IMG/VR virus record: IMGVR_UViG_3300046460_000148
Coordinates: 2,195-66,194 of that record
Direction: 5' to 3' (one strand)
Source of the DNA: a virus
Taxonomy: Duplodnaviria; Caudoviricetes
Length of the DNA: 64,000 nt
Both the position numbers and the translations under genes were made by a program. Shown here in pieces: positions 56,850 to 64,000 of this stretch. How positions within the stretch are numbered: the first letter of the stretch is position 1; each line of letters starts with the position of its first letter. Below the pieces are notes generated by a model, which searched no databases, had not been told where the DNA came from, and saw nothing but the letters and a program-made list of their open reading frames with translations.

Positions 56850-57192
56850 AGACGACAAAGTCCGGCCGATCGGCGTCCAGTTCAAGCCGCCGCCGTCCGA
56901 TGATCGAACCTTGACGATCGTCCGCGATTCCGGCTGTGACCACAAGCTGACTTGGGTCGGCGGCAAGGTTGTCCGGGCGAACTATCTGATCCGTGAAGGC
57001 GAGACTGAGGTCGAATGCGGCCTATGCGGCAAGCACCTGGACCCCATGTTTGTGCTCCTGAACCTCGCCAATGAGGAAACGCGCTGGATGCGCAACCGAC
57101 AAGCATATCAGGAGGAAGCCAAGCGCCTGCAAAGCCGCCGCCGGACCAAGTGCGAGCACTGCCAGAAGATCACGCGAATCAGCTCGTCATGA
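56836..57192 (+). CDS. Zn-finger protein
   Basis: VECGLCG...LDP; KCEHCQK. Confidence 0.65.
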   Translation: MSQTEDDKVRPIGVQFKPPPSDDRTLTIVRDSGCDHKLTWVGGKVVRANYLIREGETEVECGLCGKHLDPMFVLLNLANEETRWMRNRQAYQEEAKRLQSRRRTKCEHCQKITRISSS

Positions 57193-57203
57193 GAGGGAGT
57201 CGA

Positions 57204-57458
57204 ATGGGCCAAACCGATATCATGGCGTTGAAGGTTGAGCAGATCGTGGACGCGATCAAACCGCACCTGAGCGGTCATCCGCCGGAAGTGCAAGGTGCCG
57301 TGATCGCTGACCTCCTGGCCATCTGGCTTGCCGGTCATCCGCCGGAGCTGCGTGAGGCGGCGATGGAATTCCATATGGAGATGGTGCGTGAGTTGATCGT
57401 AGCTGAAGAGGGCTTGATCTTCGGCGCCGACGGCCACCCGGCCAGGACGCAAAAATGA
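57204..57458 (+). CDS. hypothetical protein
   Basis: PEVQGAVIADLLAIWLAGH. Confidence 0.55.
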   Translation: MGQTDIMALKVEQIVDAIKPHLSGHPPEVQGAVIADLLAIWLAGHPPELREAAMEFHMEMVRELIVAEEGLIFGADGHPARTQK

Positions 57459-57679
57459 ATATTCCCGAAGATTACGTGAAGACCATTTGCAAGATCGGCC
57501 AGGGCGCCTTGTGCTGCCGCTATATCGTCGGCGGCCCGCAAGGGCTCGAATGCGCCAAACATGAGCCGGAGCTGGCGGCGCAAATTAACCGCCGGGTCGC
57601 CGCCGGAGCGTTCACCGCACGCGGGGACAATTGCGACGGCATAGCGGCCGGAGTGCAGGACCCCGGCCGCGCTAATTGA
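57455..57679 (+). CDS. Cys-rich small protein
   Basis: CKIGQG..CCRY...ARGDNC. Confidence 0.6.
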   Translation: MNIPEDYVKTICKIGQGALCCRYIVGGPQGLECAKHEPELAAQINRRVAAGAFTARGDNCDGIAAGVQDPGRAN

Positions 57680-57692
57680 GATCGCTGATTGT

Positions 57693-57944
57693 TCAGGCTA
57701 CCGGCGTTTTCGCCGCCTTCTTCAAATGCCGGATCACCTCGGCTAGTTTAACCGACCGCTCCTCGCAGATGCCAAGCAGCTCCTCGGCCATTCCCGGTGA
57801 AAGATCAGCCGCCCCGGATGCAAGCCGGCGAACATGCCGGTCCGACATGTCCAGATCGCGGGCGACGTCGGATTGCCAGCGAGGCCCGTAAAGGGCCTCA
57901 CCAGTATCGCGGAGCAGAGTGCTGTGGGTGACAGTTTTTGTCAC
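57693..57944 (-). CDS. HTH regulator
   Basis: GEALYGPRWQSDVARDLDMSDRHVRR. Confidence 0.7.
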   Translation of the reverse strand: MTKTVTHSTLLRDTGEALYGPRWQSDVARDLDMSDRHVRRLASGAADLSPGMAEELLGICEERSVKLAEVIRHLKKAAKTPVA

Positions 57945-57956
57945 GGCAACGTCCTT

Positions 57957-58379
57957 TCAGTTGGCAACGAGTTTGAGGCGCAGATTGTCGTTCGGCGCCG
58001 TTTCAAGCGTGTAGAGATTGCCCTCAAACCGGACCTGCATCCCCACCTGAACCATGACATGCTTGGTCGTGGACCGTGGGCCGTTGTGGATGACGCTGCC
58101 GGTGCCGAAGATAAAAACCAGCTCGTGGCCGAAAGACCGAGCACGGTCAATCTCCGCTACCGGGTCCTCGCCCTTTTCGATCGCGCTCGATACGACCGAA
58201 TGGATCATGTAGGTCCGATACAGGAGGCCGTGATTGCGGGACTGGAACGGCGCAACAAGGCGCTCGCCGGCAAACAGGTTCACCGCCGGCCGGCGGTCGT
58301 TCCAGCCGTGGCCGGGCGCGCGTTCATAGAGGTCGCCGATGCCGTTCTGAATTTTGAGAGTGTCAACTGGCTTCATCAT
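57957..58379 (-). CDS. hypothetical protein (cassette gene)
   Basis: Preceded by repeated GGGAAGGACCCGA leader. Confidence 0.6.
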   Translation of the reverse strand: MMKPVDTLKIQNGIGDLYERAPGHGWNDRRPAVNLFAGERLVAPFQSRNHGLLYRTYMIHSVVSSAIEKGEDPVAEIDRARSFGHELVFIFGTGSVIHNGPRSTTKHVMVQVGMQVRFEGNLYTLETAPNDNLRLKLVAN

Positions 58380-58472
58380 TTTCGGGTCCTTCCCGGTTTG
58401 TCCGGCGGGGCTCACCCCGGCCGGTGGTTACTTTCCAAATCCGCCCCGGAAGGCGGATGCGGAAACCAACCC

Positions 58473-58733
58473 TCACGGGTAGTAGTATTCGGCAATGACT
58501 TCCTGTGCCTTGCCTGCCTGCACGCGGCGATAGATGACGTAGAAGTTTGATTCGCCCGGCAGGACCGGCAGCGCCATTGCGTCCATCTGGGCTGTGATGT
58601 TTAAGCGGACATCCATCAGATCGCGGTCGGCGCTGACCAGCACATCGCGGAGCACTGTTTCGACGCGGGCTGCTCCGTTCGGACGCTTTGAAGGGATGTA
58701 GGTAGCGAAGGCAATGTAGCTGGACTTGGCCAT
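58473..58733 (-). CDS. hypothetical protein (cassette gene)
   Basis: Preceded by repeated leader and promoter. Confidence 0.6.
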   Translation of the reverse strand: MAKSSYIAFATYIPSKRPNGAARVETVLRDVLVSADRDLMDVRLNITAQMDAMALPVLPGESNFYVIYRRVQAGKAQEVIAEYYYP

Positions 58734-58817
58734 TTTCGGGTCCTTCCCGGTTTGAGGGCGGGGCTAAATCCCCTTTCCCTATGTCCTAAGATTAGGACAA
58801 AGCGGCGGCGATTGCAA
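58734..58817 (-). promoter_or_regulatory. sigma70 promoter + palindromic operator + RBS cassette, copy 1
   Basis: TTGCAA-N17-TAATCT; TGTCCTAA-N2-TTAGGACA-type palindrome; GGGAAGGACCCGA. Confidence 0.8.
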
Positions 58818-58831
58818 GGGAAATCGGGCGA

Positions 58832-59392
58832 TTACTTGGTGCGCAGATCAAATAGTTCGCCGCGCTGGAAGCGCTCCCGAATTGCGTCCAGCTTGGCGCG
58901 GACCGCCGGAGTGTCGAATTCGATCTTGCCTGTCCAGATGCCCTTGTGGGCGCGTGGGACATCGAAGATATGCACGCTGATATCGCAGGCGGAGGCGCCG
59001 GGCTTGGTCGCCAGCGTCGTGAAGACGTAGAAAGAGCGGTAATCTTCGACCGGGCCACAGGTGATATTTCCGATGTAGCCGCAGGTGACGCCCAGATCGG
59101 CGTAATCGCGTTTGATCGCGGCTTCCGGGTCCGATTCCCGGATAACGACCACATCGACAAATTTGCCGGTCGGGCGGCCACCGTTCACATATTCGGCTTC
59201 CACAATCTCAAGGCCGAGCTGGCGGAGGTCGGAGGCCTCCAGGCGCGGCACGCGGCGCCACCCGGCATCCCGGAGCGCGCCGGAGACGCGGGAGACGCAA
59301 TCACCGACCACTTCGCGGCCCTCGCGGGTCCGGTAGCGGCTCGGCCACTTAGCAATAGCATCGCGGATATTTTGGGCTGTGAGATTTGTCAT
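58832..59392 (-). CDS. hypothetical protein (cassette gene)
   Basis: Preceded by repeated leader. Confidence 0.6.
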   Translation of the reverse strand: MTNLTAQNIRDAIAKWPSRYRTREGREVVGDCVSRVSGALRDAGWRRVPRLEASDLRQLGLEIVEAEYVNGGRPTGKFVDVVVIRESDPEAAIKRDYADLGVTCGYIGNITCGPVEDYRSFYVFTTLATKPGASACDISVHIFDVPRAHKGIWTGKIEFDTPAVRAKLDAIRERFQRGELFDLRTK

Positions 59393-59481
59393 TGTCGGGT
59401 CCTTCCCTGTTTTCGGTGGGGCTAATCCCCAGCCAAGATTGCTTTCGATATCCGCCCTGGGCGGGCGGATGCCGAAGGCCG

Positions 59482-59700
59482 TCAGACGTAATTGTTGCGG
59501 ATGAGGAAGGCGATCAGCTCCGCGCGGGTGCCCTCGCGGTATTTGCCGCCCACTGGGTAGACGTAGAGCTTGCCGGAGTTAAGCTCACCGATCATGGCCT
59601 CGGCGGCAGCTTCCCGCTTTTCGATGCGGCCGAGGAAACGGTCTTCGGCGGCCATGCGGCGGGCCTGACGGGCTTCAAGGTGGCGTTCTGTCTTGTCCAT
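59482..59700 (-). CDS. hypothetical protein, paralog of 3751-3960
   Basis: YREGTRAELIAFLIRNNYV. Confidence 0.65.
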   Translation of the reverse strand: MDKTERHLEARQARRMAAEDRFLGRIEKREAAAEAMIGELNSGKLYVYPVGGKYREGTRAELIAFLIRNNYV

Positions 59701-59785
59701 TATTCGGGTCCTTCCCGGTTGAGGGCGGGGCAATTTCCCCAAGTCCCTATGTCCTAAGATTAGGACAAGCTGACGCTGATTGCAA
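59701..59785 (-). promoter_or_regulatory. promoter/operator/RBS cassette, copy 2
   Basis: TTGCAA-N17-TAATCT with the same palindrome and leader. Confidence 0.8.
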
Positions 59786-59800
59786 GCCGAATCTTCGGGC

Positions 59801-60136
59801 TCAGACCCGAAGGTCCTCCGCCTCAAAGCCGAACGTGGCAACCACCCATCGCTTGCCGTCTACGATGAAAACGTCCCCCATCATGGAAGATCGAAGCCCC
59901 CAGGTCTTGCCCTTGGCATCGACATGAAGCGGGGCGACGACTTCCACGGCCGGATTGAAATCGCCATTCTCCTGACCGCCTTCAAACGTGCGCTCTTTGA
60001 TCGACCAGCTCCCATCGATGTTATTGGTCCAGCGGTAGGCATATTCCAGCGCCTGCCAGACCTCGGCATCTGGCGCGGTCACGGTAGCGACGTGGGTGAA
60101 GCCGATTTGATTGTGGTGGTGCACTTCGATTTTCAT
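59801..60136 (-). CDS. hypothetical protein
   Basis: LEYAYRWTNN, RSSMMGDVF. Confidence 0.65.
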   Translation of the reverse strand: MKIEVHHHNQIGFTHVATVTAPDAEVWQALEYAYRWTNNIDGSWSIKERTFEGGQENGDFNPAVEVVAPLHVDAKGKTWGLRSSMMGDVFIVDGKRWVVATFGFEAEDLRV

Positions 60137-60393
60137 TTGCCTGTCCCCTCTGGATTTTGCATGGCTTTGCGAATTGCGTTCACGGTTGCCTTCGCGGATG
60201 ACTTCAAACCGGGCGGCAGTTGGTCCATTGCGTCGGACGCATAATATTCGGCGTCCTCAAGCAAGTCCGTCAGCGCCGGGTCGGCATCGTCCACGATAAC
60301 CGCCGCCTTGTTGGACTGGACCATCTCCGGCGTCGGCAGATCGCGCTCGGAGTGATCGAAGTAGAATTTGCGCGGCAAACTGATCCGAGCCAT
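60133..60393 (-). CDS. hypothetical protein
   Basis: FYFDHSERDLP, LLEDAEYY. Confidence 0.6.
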   Translation of the reverse strand: MARISLPRKFYFDHSERDLPTPEMVQSNKAAVIVDDADPALTDLLEDAEYYASDAMDQLPPGLKSSAKATVNAIRKAMQNPEGTGK

Positions 60394-61238
60394 CAGAACC
60401 CCCACTTGGTTGCGCAGACCGGGCCGATGCCGGCGGCGATGCTGGCCGGGTCCGTCAGCTCCCGGCCGCAGCACGAGCATTGACCGGTTTTCCGGCCATA
60501 GCGCTCGGCCGCCTCTGCCGGGTTTTCCGCAATGATGCGCAGCGCGGTCTTGTCCTCCTCACTGGCCTCCCAGGCGGCGTTGAACGTTTGCGCCACGACC
60601 TTGCCGACATAGGTCCCGTCGCGGCGCTTCACATAGATCGCTCCGGGATTGGCGGAACTCGGCTTGGCGAGCGACAGCACCAACCCCTCGGCGCGATATT
60701 GCAGCTTGCTCAGCCCGGCGCTTTTCGCCTTGGCGAACATCGCGTGAATCGGATTGAGATCGACCGGCGTCCGCCGGGCCGCGTCACGGGCCTCCCGTTC
60801 GGCCTTCCGCTGCTCCTCCAGCACCGCTACCTTTGCGCGGGTGGATTGCACGCCCCGGAGCTGGGCCGGAGTGAGCGCGCCTTGCTGCCGGTAAATATCC
60901 AGCATTTCCCGAATGAAGTTCGACCAGCCGGCGTTCTGGGCCAGAAATTCGGAAACGCCCGGATTCTCCGCATCAAAGACGGCCTGGGCGGTTTCCAGTT
61001 TGGCACGCTTGCGGGCCGCCTCCTGCTGGCGCCGCTTCATGCGGTCACCGGGCGATTGATAGAAAAAGCCCCGGCCGCCACAGGCAAAGCAGCGGTTATC
61101 CTTCTGATGCCGGCGAGGCTTCAGATATCTCCCCGTCCCAACGCAGGACTGGCACGGGAATGTAGGGCGATCCTTTTTGAGTGCCGGCTGATCCGGGCCG
61201 GAGCCGGGCAAGTGGTCGAGGTCGGAAAAGTCAATCAT
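60393..61238 (-). CDS. DUF6011-like Zn-finger protein
   Basis: CQSCVGTG, CFACGGRG; C-terminal CSCCGRELTDPASIAAGIGPVC. Confidence 0.75.
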   Translation of the reverse strand: MIDFSDLDHLPGSGPDQPALKKDRPTFPCQSCVGTGRYLKPRRHQKDNRCFACGGRGFFYQSPGDRMKRRQQEAARKRAKLETAQAVFDAENPGVSEFLAQNAGWSNFIREMLDIYRQQGALTPAQLRGVQSTRAKVAVLEEQRKAEREARDAARRTPVDLNPIHAMFAKAKSAGLSKLQYRAEGLVLSLAKPSSANPGAIYVKRRDGTYVGKVVAQTFNAAWEASEEDKTALRIIAENPAEAAERYGRKTGQCSCCGRELTDPASIAAGIGPVCATKWGF

Positions 61239-61474
61239 CCCCGTGCCCCTCCCTTTGCCCGGCGTCCTATCTCGGCCTTGAGGGCCTCACGGAGCTGCCG
61301 CGTTGCCTCATCGGCGCGTTCGCGGATGTTATCCCCGCCGGCCTTGCGCTTTAGGTGCGTCTGCGCCTTTGCCGCGTAGGCCGGGTTTTGGAGATACAGC
61401 TCAATGTTTTTGAGCATCGCCGCGAGCTTCGATGTGGGAAGCGTTTTAAGCTGGTCTAGGATTGAAGCGGTCAT
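61235..61474 (-). CDS. hypothetical protein
   Basis: GAGGA RBS; coupled ORF. Confidence 0.5.
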   Translation of the reverse strand: MTASILDQLKTLPTSKLAAMLKNIELYLQNPAYAAKAQTHLKRKAGGDNIRERADEATRQLREALKAEIGRRAKGGARG

Positions 61475-61487
61475 GTCCGGTCCTCCC

Positions 61488-61661
61488 CTACTCGCCCGAG
61501 AAGCGACGATCGAAAGCCCGGCGCATATCCTGCTCGGCCCGCTCAACCTCGTCCTCATTGTCGGCTTGCTGCATCTGCGCTGCGAACCAGACATCCCACC
61601 AATCGCAAAAGGCGGCGTCATGCATCGCGTCGAATTCTTCCTGAGAAGGCATTTGGAACAT
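61488..61661 (-). CDS. small acidic protein (cassette gene)
   Basis: Preceded by repeated leader. Confidence 0.5.
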   Translation of the reverse strand: MFQMPSQEEFDAMHDAAFCDWWDVWFAAQMQQADNEDEVERAEQDMRRAFDRRFSGE

Positions 61662-61746
61662 GTATCGGGTCCTTTCCCGGCTGCGCGGCGGGCCAACCCC
61701 TTCCGCTACATGTCCTAATCTTAGGACAAAGCCGAACCACTGGCAA
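61662..61746 (-). promoter_or_regulatory. promoter/operator/RBS cassette, copy 3
   Basis: TTGCCA-N17-TAAGAT; palindrome with its centre flipped relative to copies 1-2. Confidence 0.75.
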
Positions 61747-61846
61747 GCTGAAAAGCAAAGCAAAATCAGCCCGGCCCACCGGCAGGATTTGGCGATTTGG
61801 TATAATGGGCTGGCAAGGTGTTTCGCGGGAAAGGAAGGCCGCCCAA

Positions 61847-62389
61847 ATGGCGAAGAGAAAGCAGACCGACCCCCATCGCTCATTGCGAGTTATCGCCGTT
61901 GATAATCCCTACTACAGCCGGGCTCATGCCGGCGCCGTCACAAATCCAAGATATATCGATGCGGTCGTGAACGTCCGGGAAAGCGCTATCACGACCCTCG
62001 CCTCTCGCGGCCGGATCGACCAAGCGCAGGAGGCCGCCGCCAACAAGTTTCGAGCGCTCTGGGAAGCGGTCGGCGGCAAGGGCGCCTCGGCGATCGATTA
62101 TGGCCGGGACCATGTAGACGGCGGCACGCGATCGGACCCGGTCACGGAGCGGCAGATCAACGCCGCTGACGAACTCCGCCGGGCGCACCTAGCGTTGGGC
62201 GACAAAGGCTACTGGCTGGTGTCCCGCATCTGCGGTGAAGGCTATGCACTGCATGAAGTAACCCAACCGCCGGGCAGCAAGCGGGCCAAACTGACCGCCG
62301 CCAGGGACCTCCGAACTTACCTGGACGGGCTCGCTGCAATGTGGGGTCTTACGACCTCCCGAACACCTCGAAGGCCGGTAAATCCCTGA
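61847..62389 (+). CDS. late transcription regulator candidate (DUF6456-like)
   Basis: RGRIDQAQEAAANKFR, AIDYGRDHVDGG, LDGLAAMWG; precedes HNH. Confidence 0.55.
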   Translation: MAKRKQTDPHRSLRVIAVDNPYYSRAHAGAVTNPRYIDAVVNVRESAITTLASRGRIDQAQEAAANKFRALWEAVGGKGASAIDYGRDHVDGGTRSDPVTERQINAADELRRAHLALGDKGYWLVSRICGEGYALHEVTQPPGSKRAKLTAARDLRTYLDGLAAMWGLTTSRTPRRPVNP

Positions 62390-62564
62390 TTTGTCAAGCT
62401 TTTTCCGCCTTTTCAGAGGTCTACGAAATACGCATGCCGCGCATTGCCCCACAGAAGCCCCCAGGACGCGCGCGAGCGATTTCCGCTATACCCATATCCC
62501 CCGACCCCTTCACGCAATTTGTTCACGGTCCGTTGCTGTGAACGCAATTCCGGTTGTCGTTCAC

Positions 62565-62993
62565 CTACGAGAAACGATCTTTTAGCGAGAGCAAAGACCC
62601 CACTCCATCGCCGGTGATGACAGGCAGACCGGCGGCCTTCGCCCGCTTGACCATGTCGGCCGTTCCGGTCCCTCCCCGGAAGGCGATCACGCCAACCGGT
62701 TTCCCCTCATGCAACATCTGCTGGTTCCGGAGCGGACCCGCGCCGTTGCCGAACTTGGTCCAGTTCGCCGGGAAGGTCAGACAAGGCCGGCCGCGATCGA
62801 CCGCCCACCGCCACGCCCAAAAGTCAGCGCCGCCGATGATATTGCCGGCCTGATCCTTCTGCCGCTGACCGCCTTCGATGATGAAGAGCGGGTGAGGCGC
62901 CTTGTTCTCGGCTGCATCCAGTACCCGAAAGACCAGCTCCCCGTCGCTGAGATCACGTCCGCCGCAAACGATAATGCGCAAAAATGCATCCAT
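62565..62993 (-). CDS. DUF2493/YspA SLOG-family protein
   Basis: IIVCGGRD, GAD..A..WA, AGPLRNQQML, GTGTADMV. Confidence 0.85.
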   Translation of the reverse strand: MDAFLRIIVCGGRDLSDGELVFRVLDAAENKAPHPLFIIEGGQRQKDQAGNIIGGADFWAWRWAVDRGRPCLTFPANWTKFGNGAGPLRNQQMLHEGKPVGVIAFRGGTGTADMVKRAKAAGLPVITGDGVGSLLSLKDRFS

Positions 62994-63115
62994 CGTTTCG
63001 ATGTAACGTATCCTTGCCGAATTGACAGCCCGTGACCGAAAGCCATATATAGCTGCTATCTCCCGTCATTGTTGCTACATCCGGCCACCGGCGCCCGCCG
63101 AGAGGCAATGAACAC

Positions 63116-63505
63116 ATGTCAAAGCTGCGCAGACTGAAAGCGAACGTTGCTCCCCTGGGGCCGCGCCTGGGCTTCCTTGCGCCCGGCGATGAGAAGGACC
63201 GGGACAGGGTCCGCCGAGCCACCCAGCCGTGGCGCGCTTGGTATAACACCCGGCGCTGGAAGGACCTTGCGCAAGCCGTCTTTGTCCGTGACCGCTACAC
63301 ATGCCAACGCTCCGGCATCCTCTGCATCAGCAAGAGCCCGGCACCTGATAGCCCGGTTGCCCATCACAAGGTCCCGCATCAAGGCGACCCGCATCTGTTT
63401 TGGGATATCGACAACATCCAAACCGTATCGAAGGCCGAGCACGACGGGCCTATCCAACAGGAAGAACGTGCAAGCGGCGCCCGGTCTGGCGGCCCGCGCT
63501 GGTGA
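63116..63505 (+). CDS. packaging-associated HNH endonuclease
   Basis: WYNTRRW, VAHHKVPHQGD..LFWD..N...HDG. Confidence 0.85.
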   Translation: MSKLRRLKANVAPLGPRLGFLAPGDEKDRDRVRRATQPWRAWYNTRRWKDLAQAVFVRDRYTCQRSGILCISKSPAPDSPVAHHKVPHQGDPHLFWDIDNIQTVSKAEHDGPIQQEERASGARSGGPRW

Positions 63506-63542
63506 GATCGCTGACGAGGGCAGCATCCATGCAGGAGGTCAC

Positions 63543-63797
63543 ATGCAAATAGCAATGATCGAGGGCGCCACCCGCATCATCGGCAAAGAGCAGGGCTTCA
63601 AGGGACTGCCGCTTCGCGATGAGCTAATCAACACCAGCGTGACCGGAGACGGCACGCCCTCAATGGTTAGCGCCTGGACCCCGTCCCCTGCCGAGCTTGC
63701 CCGCCTCATTGCCGGCGCGTCCGTCCACCTTCGGATCATCGGCACCGTCCACCCCCCGGTCGCCATCGATGTCGGCCTGCCACCGTCAGAGAAGTGA
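63543..63797 (+). CDS. hypothetical protein
   Basis: GGAGG RBS; IEGATR...LPLRD...SAWTPSPAEL. Confidence 0.65.
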   Translation: MQIAMIEGATRIIGKEQGFKGLPLRDELINTSVTGDGTPSMVSAWTPSPAELARLIAGASVHLRIIGTVHPPVAIDVGLPPSEK

Positions 63798-63861
63798 CCG
63801 CCGACCCGTGATCGACCGTCGATCAAGGTGAAACCGACGCATGAACCACGTTCGTCATTGG

Positions 63862-63946
63862 GAATCGTGAAAAACGTGAACGAACTGGCAACGAGGTGAG
63901 CCCGAATTCGCCTTCGCCAGTGAGAATCGCGAAAAACGTGAACGAA
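63862..63946 (+). repeat. 23-bp direct repeat near putative packaging site
   Basis: GAATCGYGAAAAACGTGAACGAA at 63862 and 63924, followed by a G9 run. Confidence 0.75.
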
Positions 63947-64000
63947 GTGAGAACATGGGGGGGGGCCATTGGGACCAAAAGGCCCATCCGGCCAGAAGAC

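Overview
This window is most of the genome of a temperate HK97-fold siphophage. The host is probably an alphaproteobacterium (Rhizobiales), judging by gcrA, GTA-like tail genes, high GC and a tRNA-Met-type att core. It appears to be in excised (attP) form. Gene order: IbrA/IbrB-like pair and small leftward genes; terminase; protease-capsid fusion; portal; collagen-like head protein; a glycosyltransferase/methyltransferase trio within the head-tail genes; tail genes with a -1 frameshift chaperone; lysis cassette; attP, integrase, BrnT/BrnA and xis; an early left operon with Bet; cI/cro switch; GcrA, adenine MTase, ParB, RuvC, PP-loop and replication genes; many small accessory genes; HNH. Best candidate system: a lone RAMP/Cas7-like gene (39179-39787) flanked by non-coding GGY-NN pentamer tracts, plus a separate five-tract array (34954-35510) punctuated by a conserved 28-nt linker. 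This suggests a non-CRISPR RNA-guided system. Also notable are a stand-alone ETR1-type ethylene-binding domain beside the lysis genes and repeated promoter-operator-RBS cassettes at 58.4-61.7 kb. All calls come from reading motifs by eye; no searches were run.
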